Assembly (NCBI RefSeq): GCF_003991155.1
Contig: NZ_CP031295.1
Direction: 5' to 3' (one strand)
From: Escherichia coli
Lineage (GTDB): Bacteria; Pseudomonadota; Gammaproteobacteria; Enterobacterales; Enterobacteriaceae
DNA: 64,000 nucleotides
Both the position numbers and the translations under genes were made by a program. Shown here piece after piece: positions 53,097-62,171 of this stretch; position 1 is the first letter of the stretch; every line of letters begins with the position of its first letter. The notes below the pieces were generated by a model. The model ran no database searches and had not been told where the DNA came from. It saw nothing but the letters and a program-made list of their open reading frames with translations.

Positions 53097-53449
53097 CCTG
53101 CACGCTCCATCTGATAATGTACTGACAGGTAAAAATAATATCCTGCATGATTTGTGTGCTCATGATTTCTGATAATATCAGATATTGTTTTATCATCAAT
53201 GATGAAAACCATATCTGATATGATTTTATATATATTTCTTAATTATCATATCATTTGCGTCTTTTCTGCCGCGCAGATCCAGTTTCCGGCTAAGTCGGAT
53301 CGACCTAATCTTTGTTTCTGATATGAACACCTCGGAGAGGTGTAAGCAATGGTATAAACGAAATGTATTATGTATCTGCATCACAGCATGCGGGCACATT
53401 TTGCGGAAGGATATGAATCCCCCCGGAATAACTGGCAAAGGACAGATAA

Positions 53450-55588
53450 ATGGACATTGAAATACGCCACTGCAATAACATCGTACGAGCACATATCACC
53501 CTCACTGCCGATAAACTGAACATTAAGTTTGCGCCAAATGGTACTGGAAAAAGTACGCTGTCACGGGCCATAAGCTGTGCGGCGCGGGACGACATTCAGG
53601 GACTACAGGCACTGATGCCCTTCCGGCTGCGCGGAGAAAACCCCGATAGCACCGGGCCCATTGTCATCGGTGCTGACGGGATTGGGGACGTGATGTGCTT
53701 CAACGAGGAGTACGTCAGTCAGTTTACGTTCCAACCGGACGAGCTCATCAGTGATAGCTTTAATATTCTTATCCGCAATCAAGCCCATGCGGAAAGAGAG
53801 CGTGAAATAGAAGAAATGACGCAAAAGATCCGGGCTGTTTTCACGGATCACACTGAGCTGAACTCTCTGATAGACCATCTACAGGAACTCAGTAATGCTT
53901 TCAGATCAACCAGTTCCGGGATTTCACGTTCTTCAACCGGCATGAGAGGTCTGTCAGGCGGAAATAAAATACACCACATTCCGGCTGGTCTTGAGAACTA
54001 TCAACCCTACATCCGCAGTGAACGCCGCGTGGAATGGATTGACTGGCAGACAAAGGGACTCGAGTTTTCGCCCCTTTCGGATGGCTGCTGTCCGTTCTGT
54101 ACCGGTGATATCACGGGAAAGGAAGCACAAATTCGCCAAGTCAGAGAGGAATACGATAAATCCACCATTAAAAACCTGACCGCTATCATCAGACTGGTGG
54201 AAAACCTCGGTAATTACCTGACGGAGAGCGCCAGAGAACGCCTTCTGGCCATTACTATGCTTCAGAACGGTCCGGAAGCCGAACATATCGAGTACCTAGT
54301 GGCGTTGAAACGCCAGACCGATACGCTGACAGAGAAACTCACTGCGCTGAGAGGCCTGAATGTTTTCAGCCTGCAGGAACAGCAGAACGTTCGGGAGGTG
54401 CTCACTGCCAGGTTGATTGACCTGCAGTTCTTCCCTGATCTGCAATCCGAACTCATGCAGGGGATCACCGACAGACTGAACGCGGCCCTTATGGACCTGA
54501 TAAACCTTGCCGGACCGCTGCAGGGAAAAATTAACCGGCACCGGGACAGCATGATCCGGCTGATCGCACAGCACAAAACAAACATCAATAATTTCCTCAC
54601 TTATGCAGGCTATAAATACAGGGTGGATATAGCCGGCGAGGGAGAGCAGAGAAAACTCAGGCTACGACACATAGATTTTGACGGGTACGTCAGCGGCGGT
54701 AGCCAGCATCTCAGCTATGGAGAACGGAACGCCTTTGCGATTGTGTTATTCATGTATGAATGCCTGTCAAAAAACCCGGGACTGATTATCCTTGATGATC
54801 CCATATCTTCTTTTGATAAAAACAAGAAGTTTGCCATTCTTGAAATGCTGTTCAGACGTGCAAGTGGTGAATGCCTGAAGAACCGGACTGTACTTATGCT
54901 GACGCATGACGTGGAGCCTGTGATTGACACGCTGAAGTCAGTCAGAAGGTTGTTCAGTAATCAGGTGACCGCCTCCTGCCTGCGCCTGTCTGCTGGAGTC
55001 ATAGAAGAATTACCTGTTAACGACGGCGATATCATGACATTCATGCAGATCTGCAAATCCATCACCGCGTCAGCAGACTGTGAGGAGATCATTAAGCTCA
55101 TCTATCTTCGTCGCTACTTTGAAATCGTTGACGAACGTGGTGATGCTTATCAGCTTCTATCCAATCTATTCCATCGACGCGTCGTCCCGCTGGATTATCG
55201 CGAGCCTGCCGCTGCGGGCTCGGGCTATCCCAAAATGGCTCCTGAGAAAATTCAGCAGGCCTTGCGGGATATCCGGGAGTATGTGGACAGTTTTGATTAC
55301 CCGCGACTTCAGGCTCTCGTCAGCAGCCCAGATGAAATAAAAAACCTGTACCGTCGCTGTCGTAACGGCTATGAAAAACTGCAGGTATTCCGTTTACTGG
55401 AACTGGATCAGGACCATCCGGTAATACGAAAATTCGTTAACGAAACGTACCACATTGAAAATGAGTTCATCTGTCAACTAGATCCGTCCAGATTCGATCT
55501 CATCCCGGAGTACGTGATTATGGAATGTGACAAGCTCATCGCCCTGCCACCGGCAGCAAACCAGAGCTCGGTTGCCCGTATCGCTTGA
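53450..55588 (+). CDS. Rad50/SMC-like ABC ATPase with CxxC hook and C-terminal extension (RloC/PrrC-like anticodon-nuclease candidate)
   Basis: Walker A APNGTGKST at N-terminus, CCPFC ~200 aa in, signature LSYGERNAF, Walker B LIILDDP, H-loop LMLTHD ~430-480, then ~230 aa C-terminal region. Confidence 0.5.
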   Translation: MDIEIRHCNNIVRAHITLTADKLNIKFAPNGTGKSTLSRAISCAARDDIQGLQALMPFRLRGENPDSTGPIVIGADGIGDVMCFNEEYVSQFTFQPDELISDSFNILIRNQAHAEREREIEEMTQKIRAVFTDHTELNSLIDHLQELSNAFRSTSSGISRSSTGMRGLSGGNKIHHIPAGLENYQPYIRSERRVEWIDWQTKGLEFSPLSDGCCPFCTGDITGKEAQIRQVREEYDKSTIKNLTAIIRLVENLGNYLTESARERLLAITMLQNGPEAEHIEYLVALKRQTDTLTEKLTALRGLNVFSLQEQQNVREVLTARLIDLQFFPDLQSELMQGITDRLNAALMDLINLAGPLQGKINRHRDSMIRLIAQHKTNINNFLTYAGYKYRVDIAGEGEQRKLRLRHIDFDGYVSGGSQHLSYGERNAFAIVLFMYECLSKNPGLIILDDPISSFDKNKKFAILEMLFRRASGECLKNRTVLMLTHDVEPVIDTLKSVRRLFSNQVTASCLRLSAGVIEELPVNDGDIMTFMQICKSITASADCEEIIKLIYLRRYFEIVDERGDAYQLLSNLFHRRVVPLDYREPAAAGSGYPKMAPEKIQQALRDIREYVDSFDYPRLQALVSSPDEIKNLYRRCRNGYEKLQVFRLLELDQDHPVIRKFVNETYHIENEFICQLDPSRFDLIPEYVIMECDKLIALPPAANQSSVARIA

Positions 55589-55749
55589 GCCACTGTTTTT
55601 GCCGCCGGAAGATAGGCTTTAGCTCCCTGATAGTCTGATCTTCGAAGATACCCTACAGTTTAGGACCGCTTACTGTAGATATCTGTTAAAACAGCCCGTA
55701 TACGGGCTGTTTCTTGGTGCCCTTATCTCCTGACTTTGAAAAGAGTGTC

Positions 55750-56166
55750 TTACTTCACCCAGTCTTCCAGCACCAGGTCAGGCACTCGCTCAAATTCTCT
55801 TGTATTATTCGTTACCAGTATCGCCCCGGCGGCGATGGCGTGCCCGGCAATCGCCGTGTCGTTCGGGCCGATCGGCGTCCCGGCCAGCCGCAGTGCCACT
55901 TTAATCTTCGTGGTGGCGTCTACTGCGGCGCGATCCCAGGGCAGGATGGCATCGAGGCGGGCGCAGAATTCATCGACCAGTTGGACGTGACGTGGTGAGG
56001 CCTTTGGGCCGGTAGCCCCGAAGCGCATTTCAGAGTAGGTGATGGCCGAGACCACTATACGGTGGCCGCGTAGCACCGCCTGCTCCAGACGCTTCAGGAC
56101 GGCTTCTGGCTGTTCACGCATGATGAACGAGCAGATACAGGTATCAAGCATATAAGTCTTGTTCAC
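55750..56166 (-). CDS. vapC: VapC/VagD PIN-domain toxin
   Basis: 138 aa MNKTYMLDTCICSFIMREQ...; overlaps antitoxin gene. Confidence 0.85.
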   Translation of the reverse strand: MNKTYMLDTCICSFIMREQPEAVLKRLEQAVLRGHRIVVSAITYSEMRFGATGPKASPRHVQLVDEFCARLDAILPWDRAAVDATTKIKVALRLAGTPIGPNDTAIAGHAIAAGAILVTNNTREFERVPDLVLEDWVK

Positions 56167-56393
56167 AGGTTAAATCGCCCTTCGTCGCTGACAACATCCT
56201 CGCGCTCCGCCATAAAATCTGGATCGGCTTTTTCGTACTCTAGGAATGATCCCCAGGTTGGCCGGACGGGGCGCAGGATGATGCTGTCCCCTTCCCGGAC
56301 GATCTCGAGCTCGCTCACCCCCTCAAAATCCAGATCACGAGGCAGACGGATGGCGCGGTTGTTGCCATTTTTGAATATCGATACGGTTCTCAT
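56163..56393 (-). CDS. vapB: VapB/VagC antitoxin
   Basis: 76-aa ORF upstream of PIN toxin with 4-nt overlap. Confidence 0.8.
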   Translation of the reverse strand: MRTVSIFKNGNNRAIRLPRDLDFEGVSELEIVREGDSIILRPVRPTWGSFLEYEKADPDFMAEREDVVSDEGRFNL

Positions 56394-56409
56394 GTTTTTT
56401 CTCTCCCGA

Positions 56410-56545
56410 GCATATGGATATGTGAAACATATCCGGAATATTCAAAGCACCGGGTGTGTGCATATGTTTAGTATAGGCAGATGTGTGGCATATGTATAGC
56501 GGTAGCATATGTAGATGCCAGGCATATGTTTAGCATATCTCTATT
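56410..56545 (+). repeat. Array of 5-6 direct repeats with CATATG core in the divergent vapB / 56689-gene promoter region
   Basis: gcatatgg, catatcc, gcatatgtttag, gcatatgtatag, gcatatgtagat, gcatatgtttag seen at ~17-28 bp spacing. Confidence 0.45.
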
Positions 56546-56688
56546 TCTTTCTTTTTTATCGGAGATCCGAAAAAAGGTTAAGTCTGATCTTAATGAAATT
56601 ACATGGAATTTGAGTGATATCCCTTACCCCACATCTCCAACGTGCTATCTATAAAGGTTGATACATCTCACTTAGTCCGGAGGTTGTT

Positions 56689-56979
56689 ATGAGCGTCAAA
56701 ATCACAGGTTTAGACAAAATGCAGAAACAGCTAAAAGAGGTTGAGAGAGCAACAGAGGCATTAAACGGAAGTTATGATGTCCACTTCGATGCTAACGATC
56801 CTGTCAGCATTGAGAACGCGATTCAGGAAGCCTATTCCATGGTGTACGAACGCGCTTCTGGTTATGCCACTAATCCGATGGTCAGCCCATTAATCGAACA
56901 CATGAAAGAAAATCTGCGCCAACAGATTCTGGACAGAGCAGAACAACAAAGACAGGAGAGCGGGCAGGATGGCAATTGA
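56689..56979 (+). CDS. Hypothetical small protein (96 aa), first gene of operon with TIR-like protein
   Basis: ORF with 11-nt overlap onto downstream gene start; no recognised motif. Confidence 0.35.
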   Translation: MSVKITGLDKMQKQLKEVERATEALNGSYDVHFDANDPVSIENAIQEAYSMVYERASGYATNPMVSPLIEHMKENLRQQILDRAEQQRQESGQDGN

Positions 56980-57868
56980 TATCTTTCAGTCACTTAAAAA
57001 TTGCGTATTCGACCTTCAGCGCGCTGACGTTCAGAACTATCAGCAACCTCTTAAGCAATTGGCCCGGCTCTTGAACTCAGAGAATCTGCAGTCAGTTAAT
57101 GCACATCTGACCCGCAATGTTGAACTTGATACCTTTCTGGCCAGGAGTGAAGATACTGAATCCAGCATGGCTGGTTCCGCTGTTCTACAGTGGCCTGATG
57201 AGCCCGCTGATATTTTGGGCCTGAAGTTGCTGCTGATCGAGAAAATGGCAGACGATAACAATTTTTCCTTTAATTTCTGTCATACATTTTTCTATGATCG
57301 AAACATTATTGAATCCATTCGAAAATTCACGTCGTCATTAGTTGCCCCGTTCGTGCGCGATTACCAGTTGTATGTGGAAAACCAACACGATCCTGAGCCT
57401 GCAGTGTTTCGGCCGGTTTCCCGAAAAATTTTTATTGTTCATGGCCATGATAATGATGCCCTTCAGTCTGTTGCCCGTTTTATATCCCGGATAGGTCTTG
57501 AGGAAATCATTCTTTCAGAACGTCCTGACGGCTCCAGGACGATTATCGAGAAATTTGAAGCAGAGTCAGGGGATGTCAGTTTTGCCATCGTGCTGATGAC
57601 GCCCGACGATAGCGGCAGTGCTCTGGCATCTGAAAGCACACGTCTCCGCGCACGCCAGAATGTCCTGTATGAGCTCGGATATTTCGCCGGGAAGCTTGGA
57701 CGCGGGAAAGTACTTGTACTCAGGAAGGGAGATATCGAAATCCCTTCAGATCTTGCCGGGGTTCTCTATACCGAGCTTGATGAGCATGGTGGATGGAAAC
57801 GCAAACTGCTGAGTGAGCTTGCGTATGCCGGTGTTCCTTTTGACAAGGATAAAGCATTAAGCGCCTGA
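56969..57868 (+). CDS. Protein with C-terminal TIR-like nucleotide-binding domain
   Basis: C-terminal ~140 aa with KIFIVHGHD ... FAIVLMTPDD ... NVLYELGYFAGKLGRGKV pattern resembling bacterial TIR-like domains; N-terminal ~150 aa unrecognised; RBS aggagag upstream. Confidence 0.5.
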   Translation: MAIDIFQSLKNCVFDLQRADVQNYQQPLKQLARLLNSENLQSVNAHLTRNVELDTFLARSEDTESSMAGSAVLQWPDEPADILGLKLLLIEKMADDNNFSFNFCHTFFYDRNIIESIRKFTSSLVAPFVRDYQLYVENQHDPEPAVFRPVSRKIFIVHGHDNDALQSVARFISRIGLEEIILSERPDGSRTIIEKFEAESGDVSFAIVLMTPDDSGSALASESTRLRARQNVLYELGYFAGKLGRGKVLVLRKGDIEIPSDLAGVLYTELDEHGGWKRKLLSELAYAGVPFDKDKALSA

Positions 57869-57885
57869 TCTCCTTCATTTAGTAA

Positions 57886-57915
57886 GAAAAAGGCCGCTAA
57901 GCGGCCTTAATTTTT
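57886..57915. terminator. Bidirectional rho-independent terminator between convergent genes
   Basis: aaaaaggccgc taa gcggccttaattttt: GC stem flanked by A-run and T-run. Confidence 0.6.
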
Positions 57916-57917
57916 GG

Positions 57918-60143
57918 TCAGTCGTCATTTTCCAGCGCTGTTTTGAGCGCTTCCTGCTCCGGAGTCAGCTCGTTGCCGGACAGCATAACCTTCAACTTCT
58001 CTTCGACTGCTGGCCAGTCATCAAAGAACGGACTGACCTGGTCACGCGCAATCCGGCGATATGCCCCTCGGTGGGAGCTGAAGACACTGGTCTGTAATCG
58101 TATCAACAGGTTAACAAGGCCTTCATCAGTGGTAGTAACTTCTCTGACCCATTGCTTCACGGTTTCACCTGAACTCATGTCTCTCCAGGCGTAGAGATAC
58201 CCGAGAAGAGACTTGCGCAGGAGAAGCTGTTGCTGAAGTTCTGGTTGATTCATACGTTCCGCAAACCTGTCACGCAACCGTTCCGTAATATCGCGACTGA
58301 AAAGAGCGTCTGAAGGCGAAGGTACTGCATTCTGAGCAAGTCCATGTTCCCAGATAAGATCCCGCATAAAATCGGCTATCCAGAACGGCGAAGCACCCGT
58401 AACGATCAGTTTTTCCATAAGCGTGATCGTTCTGGTCTCATCAATATCCTGCATATGCTTCAGCAGATGCCGTACAACCTCATTAATGGCCATTTCACGC
58501 AGGGAAAACCATGGGTTACGGATACTGAAGCGAGTGCTCACCTCATCGGTGTGATCGAAGAAAAAATGAACCAGTCCTGCGCACTCTTCGAAATTACGTT
58601 CTCTTATCAGGCCTGGAGTCAGTCTGCTCAGTATATGTTCAAACCAGGTTCCGGACAGACTGCCCACACTGTTGATTTTTGAGAGCAGCAATTCAGAAAG
58701 CTGCTGCTGTTTTTCCGATACGCCAGCCTGTTCAAAAAGCTGTCTGAAGAATTCAGGTGGCAGAACATTCTGTGGTGAGGAGAAGGCAAAATAATATCGC
58801 CAGTGCGTCAGGCTGCTGAGTCGTTTACCGGTCGTCTGGATATGACGAAAATCCTCACTGACGGGCTCAAAAAGATTCAGATATTCATCATTATGTCCAC
58901 TGATACCTGGGATCCAGTCTGCAAGTGTCAGAAACGAGTCTGCATTTGATGCCCTGAACGTCTTCATACATCTGATAAGCCCCTCCCGGAAGTCTGCTTT
59001 CTCTCCGTCAGAAAGCATACCCTGACCGGTTTCAATCACGGACCGTTCTGTCAGGTAATGCTCTGTCCAGTCATACAGAGCCGGGTTTGTCACCCGTATA
59101 AGCTGAAGCAGGCACAAATCAGGGAAATAAACAAAATCCCGCATCCCCGGATAAAGAAAAATCAGGGAATTAATGGCCTGATGGATTTCCCGTGGCGTCG
59201 AAAGTGCGGCACCATAGGTATCAGTCACCGCGATGAGATCCCTTACCATTCCAGAGTCTGGCGGTTGATTATTAATTTGCTGATATAGAGCCTCAGCCCG
59301 CTGGCGAAATTCATTACGTAAATCAAAGGCTTCAGGTCGGGGTAATTTAAAACTAAGCTGAATGATTTTCTGGAGATAACGGCTGCCATCTTCGATATTC
59401 AGCGCATGTTCAACGGCATGAGTGATAATCTGCCTGTCATAACAGAGAATATGGGTAAAGCGGGGCAGATCGGCTACTGCACGCACAAGCCTGAACACTT
59501 CCGCCACCTGGGATGGCTCCAGTCGGTCCAGATCATCCATGACAACAATGAACTTCAGATCCAGACTCACCAGTTGTCCTGCAATTTCAGCCCGAAGCTT
59601 TGTCGTGGTTTTCTGATCAACAGCCAGACGGCTGTCTGAAAATACCTTTATTCCGCCTGCTATCCAGTTAATAATGCTGGAAAACTGTCCGATATATTGA
59701 ACCAGTGGAAGGACGCGCGATGAAGTATCCTGAGCATACTCAATCACTTTTTGAGCTTCCGGTGACAACAGATATTTACGCCAGAGCTTTTTGAAGCCCT
59801 TCGGGGGATAGCGTATTTCCATTTCCTGCTGGATAACCGTGGCAACCGGAAGAAAGAGCGCTTCAACCGGACTGCCGCCACTCAGCCAGGGAGAAATATG
59901 CAGCACATGCGTGTGAGCATCTTTTTTCAGGGCAAGGTTTCTCAGGATCAGATTAAGGAGGCTTGTTTTACCCGATCCCCATGCACCTTCTATTCCGACA
60001 ACATTTGAAGCCTCCAGAGGAAGAGTAAGGATGGAACGGGATATATTTTCTGCGATATTACCGAAACCGTATCGATCCTCAGGTACATCTTCAACTGCCG
60101 CATCAAGCCCTTTCTGGTTCCACAGCTGCCTCAGTATCTTCAT
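57918..60143 (-). CDS. KAP-family P-loop NTPase
   Basis: 741 aa; Walker A GIEGAWGSGKTSLLNLI, Walker B FIVVMDDLDRLEP, large helical C-terminal region. Confidence 0.7.
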   Translation of the reverse strand: MKILRQLWNQKGLDAAVEDVPEDRYGFGNIAENISRSILTLPLEASNVVGIEGAWGSGKTSLLNLILRNLALKKDAHTHVLHISPWLSGGSPVEALFLPVATVIQQEMEIRYPPKGFKKLWRKYLLSPEAQKVIEYAQDTSSRVLPLVQYIGQFSSIINWIAGGIKVFSDSRLAVDQKTTTKLRAEIAGQLVSLDLKFIVVMDDLDRLEPSQVAEVFRLVRAVADLPRFTHILCYDRQIITHAVEHALNIEDGSRYLQKIIQLSFKLPRPEAFDLRNEFRQRAEALYQQINNQPPDSGMVRDLIAVTDTYGAALSTPREIHQAINSLIFLYPGMRDFVYFPDLCLLQLIRVTNPALYDWTEHYLTERSVIETGQGMLSDGEKADFREGLIRCMKTFRASNADSFLTLADWIPGISGHNDEYLNLFEPVSEDFRHIQTTGKRLSSLTHWRYYFAFSSPQNVLPPEFFRQLFEQAGVSEKQQQLSELLLSKINSVGSLSGTWFEHILSRLTPGLIRERNFEECAGLVHFFFDHTDEVSTRFSIRNPWFSLREMAINEVVRHLLKHMQDIDETRTITLMEKLIVTGASPFWIADFMRDLIWEHGLAQNAVPSPSDALFSRDITERLRDRFAERMNQPELQQQLLLRKSLLGYLYAWRDMSSGETVKQWVREVTTTDEGLVNLLIRLQTSVFSSHRGAYRRIARDQVSPFFDDWPAVEEKLKVMLSGNELTPEQEALKTALENDD

Positions 60144-60144
60144 A

Positions 60145-61236
60145 TTACAGATCTCCGTACAGGCAGCGCAGCCCGGTCAGGGCCTCCGCCAGCGGGCCTT
60201 CTTGACACCGCGTGGCGAGCTCCCGGACCAGCGTCTCAAAGGCCTCCGCCGGCATAAAAATCCGCAGGCCGTCTATCCCGAAGAAGCCCTCCGGCGTGAC
60301 GTTTCCGGGCGGGGAGAACATCACTCGCTCCCCCTGGTGACCGTGCGTCAGGGCTTCCGGATGCCGGGCATACAGCGTGAACAGGCCCAGCAGTTCGGAT
60401 AACGCTTCCCAGCCGTACGGCACCACGAAGTCCTGGCCGGTGATCAGCAGGTGCAGACGGGGTGTGGTGTACCAGGCCCCCGGGCGTTCTCCGGGGTGCT
60501 GGCCGTCAACGCGGATCTCCAGGCGCAGCGTGCCGGCCTCAATGGTTTCCGTGACGGCAGAAATAACCGGGCGCAGCTCCTGTGCCAGCGTTCTTGCCTG
60601 TTCTGTGTTCCAGTCCAGGCCGCGCAGCATCAACGGGAAAACAGCTTTCAGCCGCGGCAGGGTGAAGATTTCTGCCAGCACCGCGTCCGGCACCTCCGCC
60701 AGGCCAAAACAGTCGCTCTCGAGCGGACGCAGGAGGTGTTCGGCATACATCTGATCCACCACGGGGCGCAGCGCTGCCCGGAAGGCTTCAAACTCTTCCG
60801 TCCAGTTTTTCCCGGCCAGGCGGAAAATCCCCTTCAGGTAGTGACCGTCCACAGGGCGATCGTGCTCCACCTGCCAGGCCAGCAGGTTGCCAGTGATGTC
60901 CAGCAGCGTGTCCAGGGCCGGGAGTGTGGCCAGCCTATTATGCCCGCGCAGGAAGGCCTCCCTGACGTGAACCAGGACAAAGCGCAGTTCGTCGCGGGAG
61001 AGCGCTGACGTGCCGAAGGTCTGGCCCAGAATGATATGCCGGTACAGCTGCCGGACCGTGGCCTCCGGATCGGCAATGAGCTGAAAATACCCGTCACCGG
61101 GCGCGACCGTTTTCAGGCCGTCATCGAGGAAGCGTTCGGCTAGGGCGTTGACCGAAGTATTTTCCCGACCGGCACGCGTTTTCAGCGCCTCGATAAGTTT
61201 TTTGTGAAAACGCAGGTTAAGCTGGCTTAGCATCAT
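60145..61236 (-). CDS. Protein with N-terminal ribbon-helix-helix (RHH) motif and large unknown C-terminal domain
   Basis: 363 aa; N-terminal LNLRFHKKLIEALKTRAGRENTSVNALAERFL resembles Arc/MetJ/CopG RHH; stop is 1 nt from KAP NTPase start. Confidence 0.5.
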   Translation of the reverse strand: MMLSQLNLRFHKKLIEALKTRAGRENTSVNALAERFLDDGLKTVAPGDGYFQLIADPEATVRQLYRHIILGQTFGTSALSRDELRFVLVHVREAFLRGHNRLATLPALDTLLDITGNLLAWQVEHDRPVDGHYLKGIFRLAGKNWTEEFEAFRAALRPVVDQMYAEHLLRPLESDCFGLAEVPDAVLAEIFTLPRLKAVFPLMLRGLDWNTEQARTLAQELRPVISAVTETIEAGTLRLEIRVDGQHPGERPGAWYTTPRLHLLITGQDFVVPYGWEALSELLGLFTLYARHPEALTHGHQGERVMFSPPGNVTPEGFFGIDGLRIFMPAEAFETLVRELATRCQEGPLAEALTGLRCLYGDL

Positions 61237-61777
61237 CGATCCTTTAATGTTTGTTTTGTTCTTAATGCTAACCTAGCATTTTATTATTAGCTATTAATCA
61301 GTTTTTTAGTTTTTGAAAATTGTGATGCTTCTAAAATTGAGGATTTTAATGCTACAACAATGCCTGCCTCTTCTTATTTCTCCGGAGATCCGAAAACCCC
61401 AGGTTACGGATCTTCCTCTCCCCCCACACAACGCCACCTCCTGTCAGCACAACATGTGGTATCTCATTCAGCTGCTCATGACACTATATGTTGTGTCATC
61501 TCCCTGACCTGTGATGCGCCGCGCAGGGGCGGAAAACAGCGATATGATTATTTTCTCAGCGTGGTACACTTCCGGAAAGTTGTGATATTCCGGAAAGTCG
61601 GATCTGACGGAAACGGCTCTCCGGTAATTTAACTGCGTTTCTATATGGCTACTTATTATTTCAGTATGTGAAATTCATTTTTTGTGAAAGTCACTGTTCT
61701 CAACAGAGTGGCACTCATCTGGCGATGATTGAGGTGTGGTAAAATTGCACGGCTAACTATTCAACTGAGGAAAGGAC

Positions 61778-62128
61778 ATGTTTACTGCATTCAATGAGAG
61801 AAATGATTTCAGTTATGCTTTTGAAAAAATCCGTAATGCGATTTCCGCGCCAGGAGAAAATAATCTTTATGCTGCAACAGAATTAGGTCTTGGCATTCTG
61901 CTCCGTAAATACGAGCAGTTTCGCCAGGAACTGGATGCGGCCGGTGAGCTGGGAAACTGGGAATATGATCTCGATACCTACAATCACTGTATTGCGGTGC
62001 TGCAACGTTACTTCACCGGCAATCCATCCGGGCTCACAGAACGTGATGCCCGGATTTACAGCCATTACCTGCAGACTGAGCACAAAGGCTTTGTGAAGCT
62101 GGCTGAAGAACTGGCTGCCGACCGCTGA
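61778..62128 (+). CDS. Hypothetical protein (116 aa)
   Basis: ORF with upstream promoter-like AT-rich region; no recognised motif. Confidence 0.3.
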   Translation: MFTAFNERNDFSYAFEKIRNAISAPGENNLYAATELGLGILLRKYEQFRQELDAAGELGNWEYDLDTYNHCIAVLQRYFTGNPSGLTERDARIYSHYLQTEHKGFVKLAEELAADR

Positions 62129-62171
62129 ATACATACAGAAGGCGGGATTTCTCAACAATAAAGGAATAAAC

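Noticed and set aside
56410-56545. Possible CRISPR-like array
   Set aside because: Repeats are short (about 8-12 nt core), irregularly spaced and lie in a promoter between divergent genes; no uniform repeat-spacer structure and no cas genes in the window.
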